The position numbers and the translations under genes were made by a program. From positions 1 through 26,936 of the IMG/VR virus record IMGVR_UViG_3300017988_000030: a DNA stretch of 26,936 nt. The stretch is one strand, 5' to 3'. The notes beneath the pieces are model-generated. The model worked only from the letters and a program-made list of their open reading frames with translations, was not told the DNA's origin and made no database searches. Source of the DNA: a virus. Taxonomy: Duplodnaviria > Caudoviricetes. Shown here in pieces: positions 8,742 to 16,685 of this stretch; position 1 is the stretch's first letter, and each line of letters opens with the position of its first letter.

Positions 8742-9350
8742 ATGGCCAGAGAATATGGTAACGATGGCCCTATCCCGGCCATCCTGAACATCGATGCGAA
8801 CCAGATCAGCCCTGTTCTTCAACAGGTTGTTGATGCATTGAACCAGGGCGTTACCGGCTATACAGGCCCCACTGGCCCGACTGGCGTTGGCAATTTGACG
8901 GGCCCTACCGGCCCGACCGGCACGTTGACCGGTTTCACTGGTCCAACAGGCGGCCAGCCGGGCCCGATCGGTCCTACTGGCCAGACGGGGATCACCGGCC
9001 TTAGTGGCGCGATGGGCTTGCAGGGTGCGCCGGGCCAAACCGGCCCAGGTGGTCCGACTGGCCCGATCGGTTTGGCGCCGTTAACGGGGATCACCGGCTC
9101 AACAGGTCCGACCGGCCCGCAGGGGAAAAATACTGGCCCGACCGGTTCGACCGGTGTGACAGGTCTTACCGGGCTCACCGGTGTTTATGGCGCGACGGGG
9201 CCTTATGGTCCGACCGGTGCCACGGGTCCGACCGGTCCGACCGGTGTGAACTTTCGCAATTTTTTCCCGCCGACTGCGAGCCCCGGGGTGACCGGTCAAG
9301 TTTGGAGTAATGCGGGCGTGCTACAAGTTTCGCTTGGACCTGGGACGTAA
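8742..9350 (+). CDS. Collagen-like protein B (GPT-rich)
   Basis: G-X-T triplets; IDANQ..LQQVV N-motif; [27 protein letters not shown]-motif. Confidence 0.9.
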   Translation: MAREYGNDGPIPAILNIDANQISPVLQQVVDALNQGVTGYTGPTGPTGVGNLTGPTGPTGTLTGFTGPTGGQPGPIGPTGQTGITGLSGAMGLQGAPGQTGPGGPTGPIGLAPLTGITGSTGPTGPQGKNTGPTGSTGVTGLTGLTGVYGATGPYGPTGATGPTGPTGVNFRNFFPPTASPGVTGQVWSNAGVLQVSLGPGT

Positions 9351-9353
9351 TCG

Positions 9354-10277
9354 ATGGCCACGAACATTGAGAACCCGTTGCTGAGCCCGCCGGACACGTA
9401 CGATGACAACCAGATCCCGGTTGTGTTGTTCGAAGTTGTCGGCGTGATCAACAACAATCAGGCAACCGGCCCTGCCGGTCCCGCGGGCCCGAAAGGTCCG
9501 GGCATTGCTGGAACTGGGTCGAGCGGTCCGACCGGTCTGACAGGCGGCCAGTTTGTGCAATGGGTGACTGGCATCACCGGGACGACCGGCTTTACGGCAT
9601 CCAATGGGTATTTCGGTCCGACAGGACCGTGGGGCGGTTACACCGGCCCGACCGGTAACACTGGCTACACTGGCATCCAGGGCACCGGGGGCGCGACTGG
9701 TCCAACGGGACCATCCGGTATTACCGGTAACACCGGGCCGACTGGCACTGCGGGACCATCCACTTTCCCGGGCCCGACCGGTCCAAGCTTTGGCGTCGGC
9801 ACCGGTTTGACAGGTGTCACCGGGTCAGCCGGTCCTGCTGGAGCACAAGGCCCCGGTGGTCCGTCAGTCAGCGGTACGGGCAGTCCGTATTTCCAAGGTG
9901 TCCTGCCGAGCGGTGCAACCGGTGGTGTAACAGGCCCGACTGGTCCGACTGGTCCGACCGGCACCCTGCAGTACAATTTCTACGCAATCGGTGCTGGTAC
10001 CGGTGTGACGGGTCCGTATGGCGGCTATACCGGTTCTGCCGGTGGCGCACCTGGGTTCGGCTACCCGAGCGGCTATCAAGGTCAGACGGGTCAATCTGGC
10101 TACGCGCTGACAGCCTACACTCAGGTGGGTGGTCCGATTGGTCCGATCGGTCCGGTGCATAATACGATCTTCACACCGCCGACGGTGGATCCGCAGATCC
10201 CGGGCGCCGTGTGGTGGAACCCGCTCTACGGTAACACGGGCCTCTTCGTATCGCCCGGCTTCGTGAATGCGGGCTAA
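9354..10277 (+). CDS. Collagen-like protein C
   Basis: Highly interrupted G-X-T triplets; YDDNQ..LFEVV N-motif; [24 protein letters not shown]-motif. Confidence 0.9.
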   Translation: MATNIENPLLSPPDTYDDNQIPVVLFEVVGVINNNQATGPAGPAGPKGPGIAGTGSSGPTGLTGGQFVQWVTGITGTTGFTASNGYFGPTGPWGGYTGPTGNTGYTGIQGTGGATGPTGPSGITGNTGPTGTAGPSTFPGPTGPSFGVGTGLTGVTGSAGPAGAQGPGGPSVSGTGSPYFQGVLPSGATGGVTGPTGPTGPTGTLQYNFYAIGAGTGVTGPYGGYTGSAGGAPGFGYPSGYQGQTGQSGYALTAYTQVGGPIGPIGPVHNTIFTPPTVDPQIPGAVWWNPLYGNTGLFVSPGFVNAG

Positions 10278-10279
10278 GC

Positions 10280-10331
10280 TTGACAGATGATAGTCCGGTG
10301 GTGTACCTCCAGGGGATCCATTCCCCTGGAG
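10280..10331 (+). promoter_or_regulatory. Putative promoter plus perfect 10-bp hairpin covering the SD of the glycosyltransferase gene
   Basis: TTGACA 10280-10285, N18, TACCTC 10304-10309. Inverted repeat CTCCAGGGGA (10307-10316) / TCCCCTGGAG (10322-10331) contains GGAG. Confidence 0.55.
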
Positions 10332-10341
10332 CATTCCCCCA

Positions 10342-12336
10342 ATGCGCCTCTGCCTGAATTCCATCGTGAAAAATGAAAGCGCGCGCATCCTCCGGATGCT
10401 TGAAAGTGTCGCCCCCCATATTTCTTGCTACGTGATCGCCGATACCGGGAGCACCGACGGCACTCCGGATATGATTAAAAAGTTTTTCGAAGCCGCGCAT
10501 ATCCCTGGGGAGCTTGTTCACTGCAAGTTTGAGGACTTCTCCCAGGCGCGCAATGTCGCTTTGTTTGCTGCGCAGAAGAGCAATCTTGCGTGGGACTATG
10601 CGATGCTCTGTGACGCAGATATGGAGTTTAAGGTCTACGACGAGAAGTGGATTGAGTTTCTAAAAGACGCGCCGGCGTACGACATGTATCAGGTCGCTGG
10701 CACGCTGCATTACCAGAACCGGCGTTTTGTGAAGCGCGGGGAGCACAACGGGTACCGCGGTGTGACGCATGAATATCTGGACGTCGCCACCGGCGGCTGC
10801 GTGCCGCAAGAGAAGGCGTTCTTCCTTGACTATGCGGACGGCGCCAACCGGCCTGACAAATTCAAACGTGATATCAGGCTGCTTAAGAAGGGTCTTGAGG
10901 ACGAGCCCACAAACGAGCGCTACATGTACTACCTTGCCCAATCGTATCGCGATGCCGGGAAGGCGGATAAGGCGGTTAAATGGTATCAGCGGCGCATCGC
11001 CGCCGGCGGTTGGGACGAGGAAGTTTGGAGCGCGATGTACTGTCTCGCGCATGCGCTTAAAGACCTGGGCGATGAAGCTGGATTTATACGTAAGATGCTG
11101 GACGCGTATAATTATCGGCCGAGCCGGGCCGAGCCGCTTTATGATCTTGCGCACTGGTACCGCGAACGCGGCGAGAACGCTACGGGCTTATTGTTCGCTG
11201 AAACCGGTATTCAGATCCCGACGTCGAAAGACGCTCTGTTTGTCAACGATTTTGTCTACACCGCGGGGTGTCTGGAAGAGTACGCCATCATGGCGTTCTA
11301 TGTTCCTCACAAGCGCACGGCGGGCTACAAAGTCAACAACATGCTCAGTTTGAAGCGGATGGCCTATACGGGTTCTCGGGAGCTCGCGCGCGTAAACATG
11401 TATCACTATTTCGTGCCGCTGAAAGACCTTTGCAAATCGTTCACTTGGAAGCCGCTCGCCTTCATCCCGCCGAAAGACTACGTGGCGATGAACCCGTCGA
11501 TCGCGGCTAATCCGACCACCGGTCAGTTGCACGTTGTCGTGCGGAACGTGAATTATCGCATCGACGACCAGGGGCGATATTTAATCCGTGCCACCGATGG
11601 AACGAGCAACGGGACAAACCCGATCCATACGCGCAACTTTTTGGCTATATTGGACGAGAATTTAGAGATTGTTCCGGATAGCATTAGTGAAATTAGACCG
11701 CCGGTTGACTTGCCGAAGCCGTTGTTTGATCTGGTTATCGGTTTTGAAGATTGCCGGTTATACACGGTTGACGGTGCTTTTTGGGTGTCGGCAACCATGC
11801 GCGAGCTCACTCCGGAAGGTTACTGTGAAATTGTGCGCGCGCGGATAAATCATTTGCCGCCTGTGCAGGTCTTCGACGAAATGACCCGGATGAAGCGCCG
11901 CGGTCACGAGAAGAATTGGATGCCGGTCGCCGACGGTCAGCACCATTTCATGTATCGCTGTGACGAACTTGTGGATGGTACCGGTGAGAGCCTTATCAAG
12001 CACGACGCTGTTATTGACGTCGGTGCTCTTGCTGGCGGGTCGCAGCTGATCCCGATGGCTGATGGTTGGCTTGCCGTTGTGCACGAGGCAACGCTTATCC
12101 CTGGTCAACAGACGCGGTTCTATTCGCACCGGTTCGTTGCCTTTGATAAGAGTTTCGTACTCAAGAAGGTCACGGCGCCATTCTATCTGCACGAGAAGGG
12201 GATCGAGTATGTCTCAGGGCTCGCTCTTTCTAGTGACAAGACAAAGCTGATCCTGTCTTACGGCTTTAAAGATTGTGAGGCGCGCATTGCGACGGTGGAC
12301 GTGAAAGAGTTGGAGACGTTCCTGTGGGCAAGCTGA
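10342..12336 (+). CDS. Multidomain glycosyltransferase: GT2 (GT-A) + TPR + C-terminal GH130/GT91-like beta-propeller
   Basis: LCLNSIVKNE, IADTGSTDGT, DFSQARN, DxD in CDAD, GVTHE; TPR helices (YYLAQSYRD, RAEPLYDLA); propeller-type motifs MNPSI, GFEDCRL, EKNWMP, YSHRF, IEYVSGL, SYG..D. Confidence 0.85.
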   Translation: MRLCLNSIVKNESARILRMLESVAPHISCYVIADTGSTDGTPDMIKKFFEAAHIPGELVHCKFEDFSQARNVALFAAQKSNLAWDYAMLCDADMEFKVYDEKWIEFLKDAPAYDMYQVAGTLHYQNRRFVKRGEHNGYRGVTHEYLDVATGGCVPQEKAFFLDYADGANRPDKFKRDIRLLKKGLEDEPTNERYMYYLAQSYRDAGKADKAVKWYQRRIAAGGWDEEVWSAMYCLAHALKDLGDEAGFIRKMLDAYNYRPSRAEPLYDLAHWYRERGENATGLLFAETGIQIPTSKDALFVNDFVYTAGCLEEYAIMAFYVPHKRTAGYKVNNMLSLKRMAYTGSRELARVNMYHYFVPLKDLCKSFTWKPLAFIPPKDYVAMNPSIAANPTTGQLHVVVRNVNYRIDDQGRYLIRATDGTSNGTNPIHTRNFLAILDENLEIVPDSISEIRPPVDLPKPLFDLVIGFEDCRLYTVDGAFWVSATMRELTPEGYCEIVRARINHLPPVQVFDEMTRMKRRGHEKNWMPVADGQHHFMYRCDELVDGTGESLIKHDAVIDVGALAGGSQLIPMADGWLAVVHEATLIPGQQTRFYSHRFVAFDKSFVLKKVTAPFYLHEKGIEYVSGLALSSDKTKLILSYGFKDCEARIATVDVKELETFLWAS

Positions 12337-13001
12337 CAACGAAAGTCGTCACCGGTTACGTGCGTCTCGAGAACCACACGCGCAAGCCGGAAGAGTATAA
12401 AGCGCTGGGGGAACGGCTGAGTGACGCGCTTGGTGATCATCCGCTGGAGGTCTTCTTCCATCGCAACCTTCGCGACCTCTGGCTGACGCAGTGGATTGAG
12501 CGCTTGCCCCCTATGAAGCCCCCGCTAAGCTGGAGCCAGGGCGATAACCCGCTGAAGAACACTCTCGAGTATCACTGTGTGCAGCACCAGAAGATTGCGT
12601 GGTTGGCGAAGGCTGCCGATATGGATAGCTCGATTGACACGTTTATTTGGATGGATTATGGCATTTTCTCCCAGCCCGGGGTAAACGCAGAAGTCATTCG
12701 GGATTTCTTGTCTAGGATCCGAAAGAACGACTTCGCGTTTCCCGGGTGCTGGCCAGAGGATCCTGACGTCTGGGATGATTATCCGTGTTGGCGCTTTTGT
12801 GGTTCGCTGTTGATAGTGCCGCAGAAGGAAATGCGTCGGCTGGTAGAGTGTTTTTTGGCGTTGACCCGGCTCTACATTCGCACGATGGGGAAGGTGACGT
12901 GGGAAGTGAACACGCTCGCGCGAGTCGAGCCGTTTCTGAAAAAGACCAATTTTCGCTGGTATGAGGCTGACCACAATGCCACTCAGTTTACGAGGTACTG
13001 A
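12324..13001 (+). CDS. HtrL/YibB (WlaTC)-like putative glycosyltransferase
   Basis: GTG start with GGAG; VVTGY, QHQKIAWL, FIWMDYGIF, WRFCGSLL, WEVNTLA. Confidence 0.6.
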   Translation: MGKLTTKVVTGYVRLENHTRKPEEYKALGERLSDALGDHPLEVFFHRNLRDLWLTQWIERLPPMKPPLSWSQGDNPLKNTLEYHCVQHQKIAWLAKAADMDSSIDTFIWMDYGIFSQPGVNAEVIRDFLSRIRKNDFAFPGCWPEDPDVWDDYPCWRFCGSLLIVPQKEMRRLVECFLALTRLYIRTMGKVTWEVNTLARVEPFLKKTNFRWYEADHNATQFTRY

Positions 13002-13003
13002 GA

Positions 13004-14020
13004 ATGTCCAAGAGGATCTTGATCACCGGTGTCGGCGGTTCAATTGGTTGCCATGTCTTGCGGCATGTTCTGAAGCACACGGATTGGCATGTTATCGGCT
13101 TAGACAGCTTCCGGCACAAAGGGCTGACGGATCGCGTGCAGCGCGTAACCTACAAGCACCGAGAGACTTTGTCCCGATTGACAGTGTATACCCACGACCT
13201 CACCGCCCCTATCTCGTCGTTGTTGGAAAGAAAGATCGGGAAGATTGACTACATCATCAATCTGGCGTCTATCTCGGACGTCGACCGCTCAATCGATGAA
13301 CCGGGCTACGTGATCACGAATAACGTGGAGCTCATGGTCAATGTTTTGGATTACGCGAGACGCGTACGACCAACTACTTTCCTCCAAGTTTCGACTGACG
13401 AAGTCTATGGGCCAACTGACGGCCGTACGGCGCACAAAGAGTGGGATCCGATCGTCCCGTCGAACGCCTACTCGGCATCGAAAGCCTGCCAGGAAGCCAT
13501 CGCGATCGCGTACTGGCGCAGCTACGGCGTGCCGCTGATCATCGTTAATCTGATGAACAATTTCGGTGAAATGCAGTCGCCGTCGAAGTTCCCCGCGATG
13601 GTGCAGCGGAGGGTGCGAGCAAACGAGAGTATCGGTATCCATAGGTTTGAAGATGGCTACGGTTCCCGCTTCTACATTCATTCCCGTAACGCCGCGGACG
13701 CTATGTGGTTTTTGCTTCGCCAGTGTCGACCACATTTACATAAACCAGGGACTGTTGATCGACCTAGTCGATATAACATTGTTGGGGACGAGCAGATCAA
13801 TAACCTCACGATGGCATACACAATTGCCGCTGCCGTCGGTAAAGACCTGAAATGGTATGACGTTGACTGCGCTGAGAACCGGCCGGGTCATGACGCGCAC
13901 TACGGGCTTGACGGTACGAAACTTAAAGAAGCTGGCTGGACGTCGCCATGCACGTTTGAACAATCGATGAAAGAGACGGTGACGTGGTACGAGAGGAACC
14001 CCGAGTGGCTGGACCTATAA
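13004..14020 (+). CDS. NDP-sugar 4,6-dehydratase (dTDP-glucose 4,6-dehydratase RmlB/RfbB-like)
   Basis: GxxGxxG (TGVGGSIG), STDEVYG, YSASK, RPGHDAHY, TVTWY. Confidence 0.88.
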   Translation: MSKRILITGVGGSIGCHVLRHVLKHTDWHVIGLDSFRHKGLTDRVQRVTYKHRETLSRLTVYTHDLTAPISSLLERKIGKIDYIINLASISDVDRSIDEPGYVITNNVELMVNVLDYARRVRPTTFLQVSTDEVYGPTDGRTAHKEWDPIVPSNAYSASKACQEAIAIAYWRSYGVPLIIVNLMNNFGEMQSPSKFPAMVQRRVRANESIGIHRFEDGYGSRFYIHSRNAADAMWFLLRQCRPHLHKPGTVDRPSRYNIVGDEQINNLTMAYTIAAAVGKDLKWYDVDCAENRPGHDAHYGLDGTKLKEAGWTSPCTFEQSMKETVTWYERNPEWLDL

Positions 14021-14631
14021 TCTTTGTCCTCACGTATCCGCCGGACTTGGAGAATGGCCGCATTAATGCGGTTCGCGCTACGTGGTTAGACACATGGTGC
14101 GATATGATTGCTTACCGGTTTGCGTTTGATAACACGCACGTTGCCACGCGGGGGGATGAACTTGTGCTTGACGCGCCGACTGGTTTGTTGAACACTTCAT
14201 TCAAGACACAGAGGGCTGCGCAATGGGCTCTCAAGCAAGGATACGACCATGCATTCTTCGTCCCGACCGACTGCTACGTCGCGGTCCCCCTCTTACTTGC
14301 GTCCGGGTATGGGGATCACGACTATACGGGCTTCCACTCTTACGATGAACATCATATCGGTGGGGGTTCAGGTTACTGGCTCAGCCGAAGCGCTCTTCAA
14401 GTTGTTGCAACTTATGTACCCTACCCCGATTACGAAGACCGATGGGTTGGAAGCGCCTGCCGAGACGCCGGTATCCCCGCGGTTCACGACGCCCGATACC
14501 ACTCGTGGGACCACGCTAAGCCCAGCCGCCCTCCAGTCACTAAACACCTTTCTCGAGACACTGGGATTTACGACCCCATGTGGATGATGTTCGTCCACGA
14601 AACATTCCTGGCAACTGGTGATTTGACATGA
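14005..14631 (+). CDS. GT31 (galactosyltransferase/Fringe)-like glycosyltransferase
   Basis: RINAVRATW, KT..AAQWA...YD, GGGSGYWLSRSAL, EDRWVG. The usual DDD position reads PTD. SD GAGAGGA precedes GTG 14005 (track start 13984). Confidence 0.65.
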   Translation: MAGPIIFVLTYPPDLENGRINAVRATWLDTWCDMIAYRFAFDNTHVATRGDELVLDAPTGLLNTSFKTQRAAQWALKQGYDHAFFVPTDCYVAVPLLLASGYGDHDYTGFHSYDEHHIGGGSGYWLSRSALQVVATYVPYPDYEDRWVGSACRDAGIPAVHDARYHSWDHAKPSRPPVTKHLSRDTGIYDPMWMMFVHETFLATGDLT

Positions 14632-15197
14632 CCCCACTTTGCGAGCTCTCCAGAAAGTACGGAACGGACAAGGGCGGCGAGCACATTCCCTACGGCGATC
14701 CCAATCACTGCTGTCACAACTATACGCCGATATACTACGACCTCTTCAAGGCTCGACGCGACGATACCCTAACTCTTCTCGAGATTGGCGTGAGCGAAGG
14801 TAAGAGTATTCACATGTGGCGAGAGTTCTTCCCTCTCGCCGCGATCTATGGTTGGGATCTTCGCATCGATCGGTTTGAGGGTGCGCCGCCTCCCAGCGTC
14901 CATCTGCGCTGTGTTGACCAGAGCAACGCGGACAGTTTGTACGAGGCGCTGATGGAAATTGGTAATCCGCGCTTCGACATTATCATCGATGACGGTTCGC
15001 ATATCTACGAGCATCAAGTGACAGCCCTTGGCGTCCTTCTGCCGTTCTTGAAACCGGACGGCATTTACGTCGTTGAGGATCACACGGAGCCGCAGCGCAT
15101 GATCCCCGACAGTATCTTGCCGACCGGCTGGACTAACACTGTCCACACTGACACAGACTGGCGTAATGTTTTGCAGGTTATCCGCCGTGCAAGCTGA
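14628..15197 (+). CDS. Class I SAM-dependent methyltransferase, sugar O-methyltransferase (MycE/TylE-like) type
   Basis: YGTDK, HNYTPIY, LLEIGVSEG, DIIIDDGSH, GIYVVED; ATGA overlap with the upstream gene. Confidence 0.82.
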   Translation: MTPLCELSRKYGTDKGGEHIPYGDPNHCCHNYTPIYYDLFKARRDDTLTLLEIGVSEGKSIHMWREFFPLAAIYGWDLRIDRFEGAPPPSVHLRCVDQSNADSLYEALMEIGNPRFDIIIDDGSHIYEHQVTALGVLLPFLKPDGIYVVEDHTEPQRMIPDSILPTGWTNTVHTDTDWRNVLQVIRRAS

Positions 15198-15936
15198 TAT
15201 CATTTCGATCAGTCACCCGCGCCCCACGCGTACGATCGATCCGCCGCTCGGCGGCGTTGCGCGCGAGTTTATGAACGGGTTGGACGATGATGGCGGGCTA
15301 TCGCAACGGTGGATCGATATGGTGCCGTTGGACTACATTTGGCGTCATATGAATGATCCCCTGCCGGACTGGCCGGTGCCGCCGATTATCGGTTTTCACG
15401 GCTACCGGAAGCACATTAATTTCCGCGATCCGATGGCAGAGCACGGGCATCAGCTGGCGCGCGGCTGGGACGCTGTCAGTCTGACGCAGTTCCTATCGTA
15501 CCAGGAGTGGCTGGCCAACGATTTGACGGGCACCATGCTTGATAAGATGCTGGACGGCTACGACGTGTTGACGGTTGAGCCGTTTGATTGCTCCTACAAT
15601 CAGAACATGCGCGAAGACTTTATTCGGTCGCGCTCGTTTAACGACTGGCAGACATTTGAGTATGCCATGAGACTGAAGGGCGAGTTTAACTTTGAGACGC
15701 CGTTCATCCGCCCGATGCACTTTGTCTGCCGGCGTCCTGTGTTCTGCCGCTGGATGCGGTTCTTCAACGAAATGAAAGTCCTGGAATTTGTTATCGACTC
15801 CGAAGATGCCGTCGCGCTGGATTATCCGCGCCGCGCCCTGGGGTACCTTGCCGAGCGTATGTGGTCGCTCTGGTTGGACGCATCTGGCCTGAAAATAAAG
15901 ACCCTCCCTCTCATGATCTGTTGGCACGTACCATGA
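15166..15936 (+). CDS. DUF4422-like putative glycosyltransferase
   Basis: IGFHGYRKH, MHFVCRRPVF..W, RALGYLAERMWSLWL. Alternative start GTG 15187. Confidence 0.65.
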   Translation: MFCRLSAVQADIISISHPRPTRTIDPPLGGVAREFMNGLDDDGGLSQRWIDMVPLDYIWRHMNDPLPDWPVPPIIGFHGYRKHINFRDPMAEHGHQLARGWDAVSLTQFLSYQEWLANDLTGTMLDKMLDGYDVLTVEPFDCSYNQNMREDFIRSRSFNDWQTFEYAMRLKGEFNFETPFIRPMHFVCRRPVFCRWMRFFNEMKVLEFVIDSEDAVALDYPRRALGYLAERMWSLWLDASGLKIKTLPLMICWHVP

Positions 15937-16685
15937 TTAACGGCTTAGCTGTTTCCACGGGTATGATGCATTTCACTCACGGGTCGCCGTTTGACCATGC
16001 AGTGATTGACGGCTTTTTGCGGCCTGATGTCCTGCTACGGATCCAGGAGGAATGGCCACAAGACGACGACCCGCGCTGGATCACGTACCACAACGCCCTG
16101 GAAGACAAGAAGACGTGCAACAAGTGGGACGCGTTCGGGCCCTTCACCTATCAGTTCTTTTCGAAGATGTGCAGCCTGGACGTGACGCGATATTTCAGCG
16201 CATGCGTCGGCGTTGACCTTGTGCCCGACTACGGACTGCACGGTGGTGGCCTTCACCAGCATGGTGAAGGCGGCAAGAACGGCGCGCACCTGGACTACAG
16301 CATCCACCCGAAGATGGGGCTGCAGCGGAAGTTGAACATCATCCTCTATATCGCTAAGCCGGGTTTAGGAGGGCATTTTGGCTTGTGGGCCGATCCGGAC
16401 AAGCTAGTCAAGGAAGTCGAGCCGCGGGTGAACCGCGCCGTCGTCTTCGACACGACGCAAAACTCCTGGCACGGGTTGAGCCGGACCGTTCACACGAATG
16501 GAATGAATTATCGAAAGTCGCTTGCCATGTACTACCTGTGCGAGCCGCCACCGGATGCCCCGCAGAACCGGCGTGTGCTGTTCGGTTTGACGCAAGAGCA
16601 GAAGAACGACGCGATGCTTCAGGAGTTTGTGGCGAAGCGCTGCGGTGTGGATACAGCGAAGGAGGTCTATCGTGATCGATTATAA
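15933..16685 (+). CDS. 2OG-Fe(II) oxygenase (prolyl 4-hydroxylase-like superfamily)
   Basis: PFDHAVIDGFL, GGGLH, HxD (HLD), LNIILY, distal His (SWHG), 2OG-binding RKS; ATGA overlap at 15933. Confidence 0.87.
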   Translation: MINGLAVSTGMMHFTHGSPFDHAVIDGFLRPDVLLRIQEEWPQDDDPRWITYHNALEDKKTCNKWDAFGPFTYQFFSKMCSLDVTRYFSACVGVDLVPDYGLHGGGLHQHGEGGKNGAHLDYSIHPKMGLQRKLNIILYIAKPGLGGHFGLWADPDKLVKEVEPRVNRAVVFDTTQNSWHGLSRTVHTNGMNYRKSLAMYYLCEPPPDAPQNRRVLFGLTQEQKNDAMLQEFVAKRCGVDTAKEVYRDRL

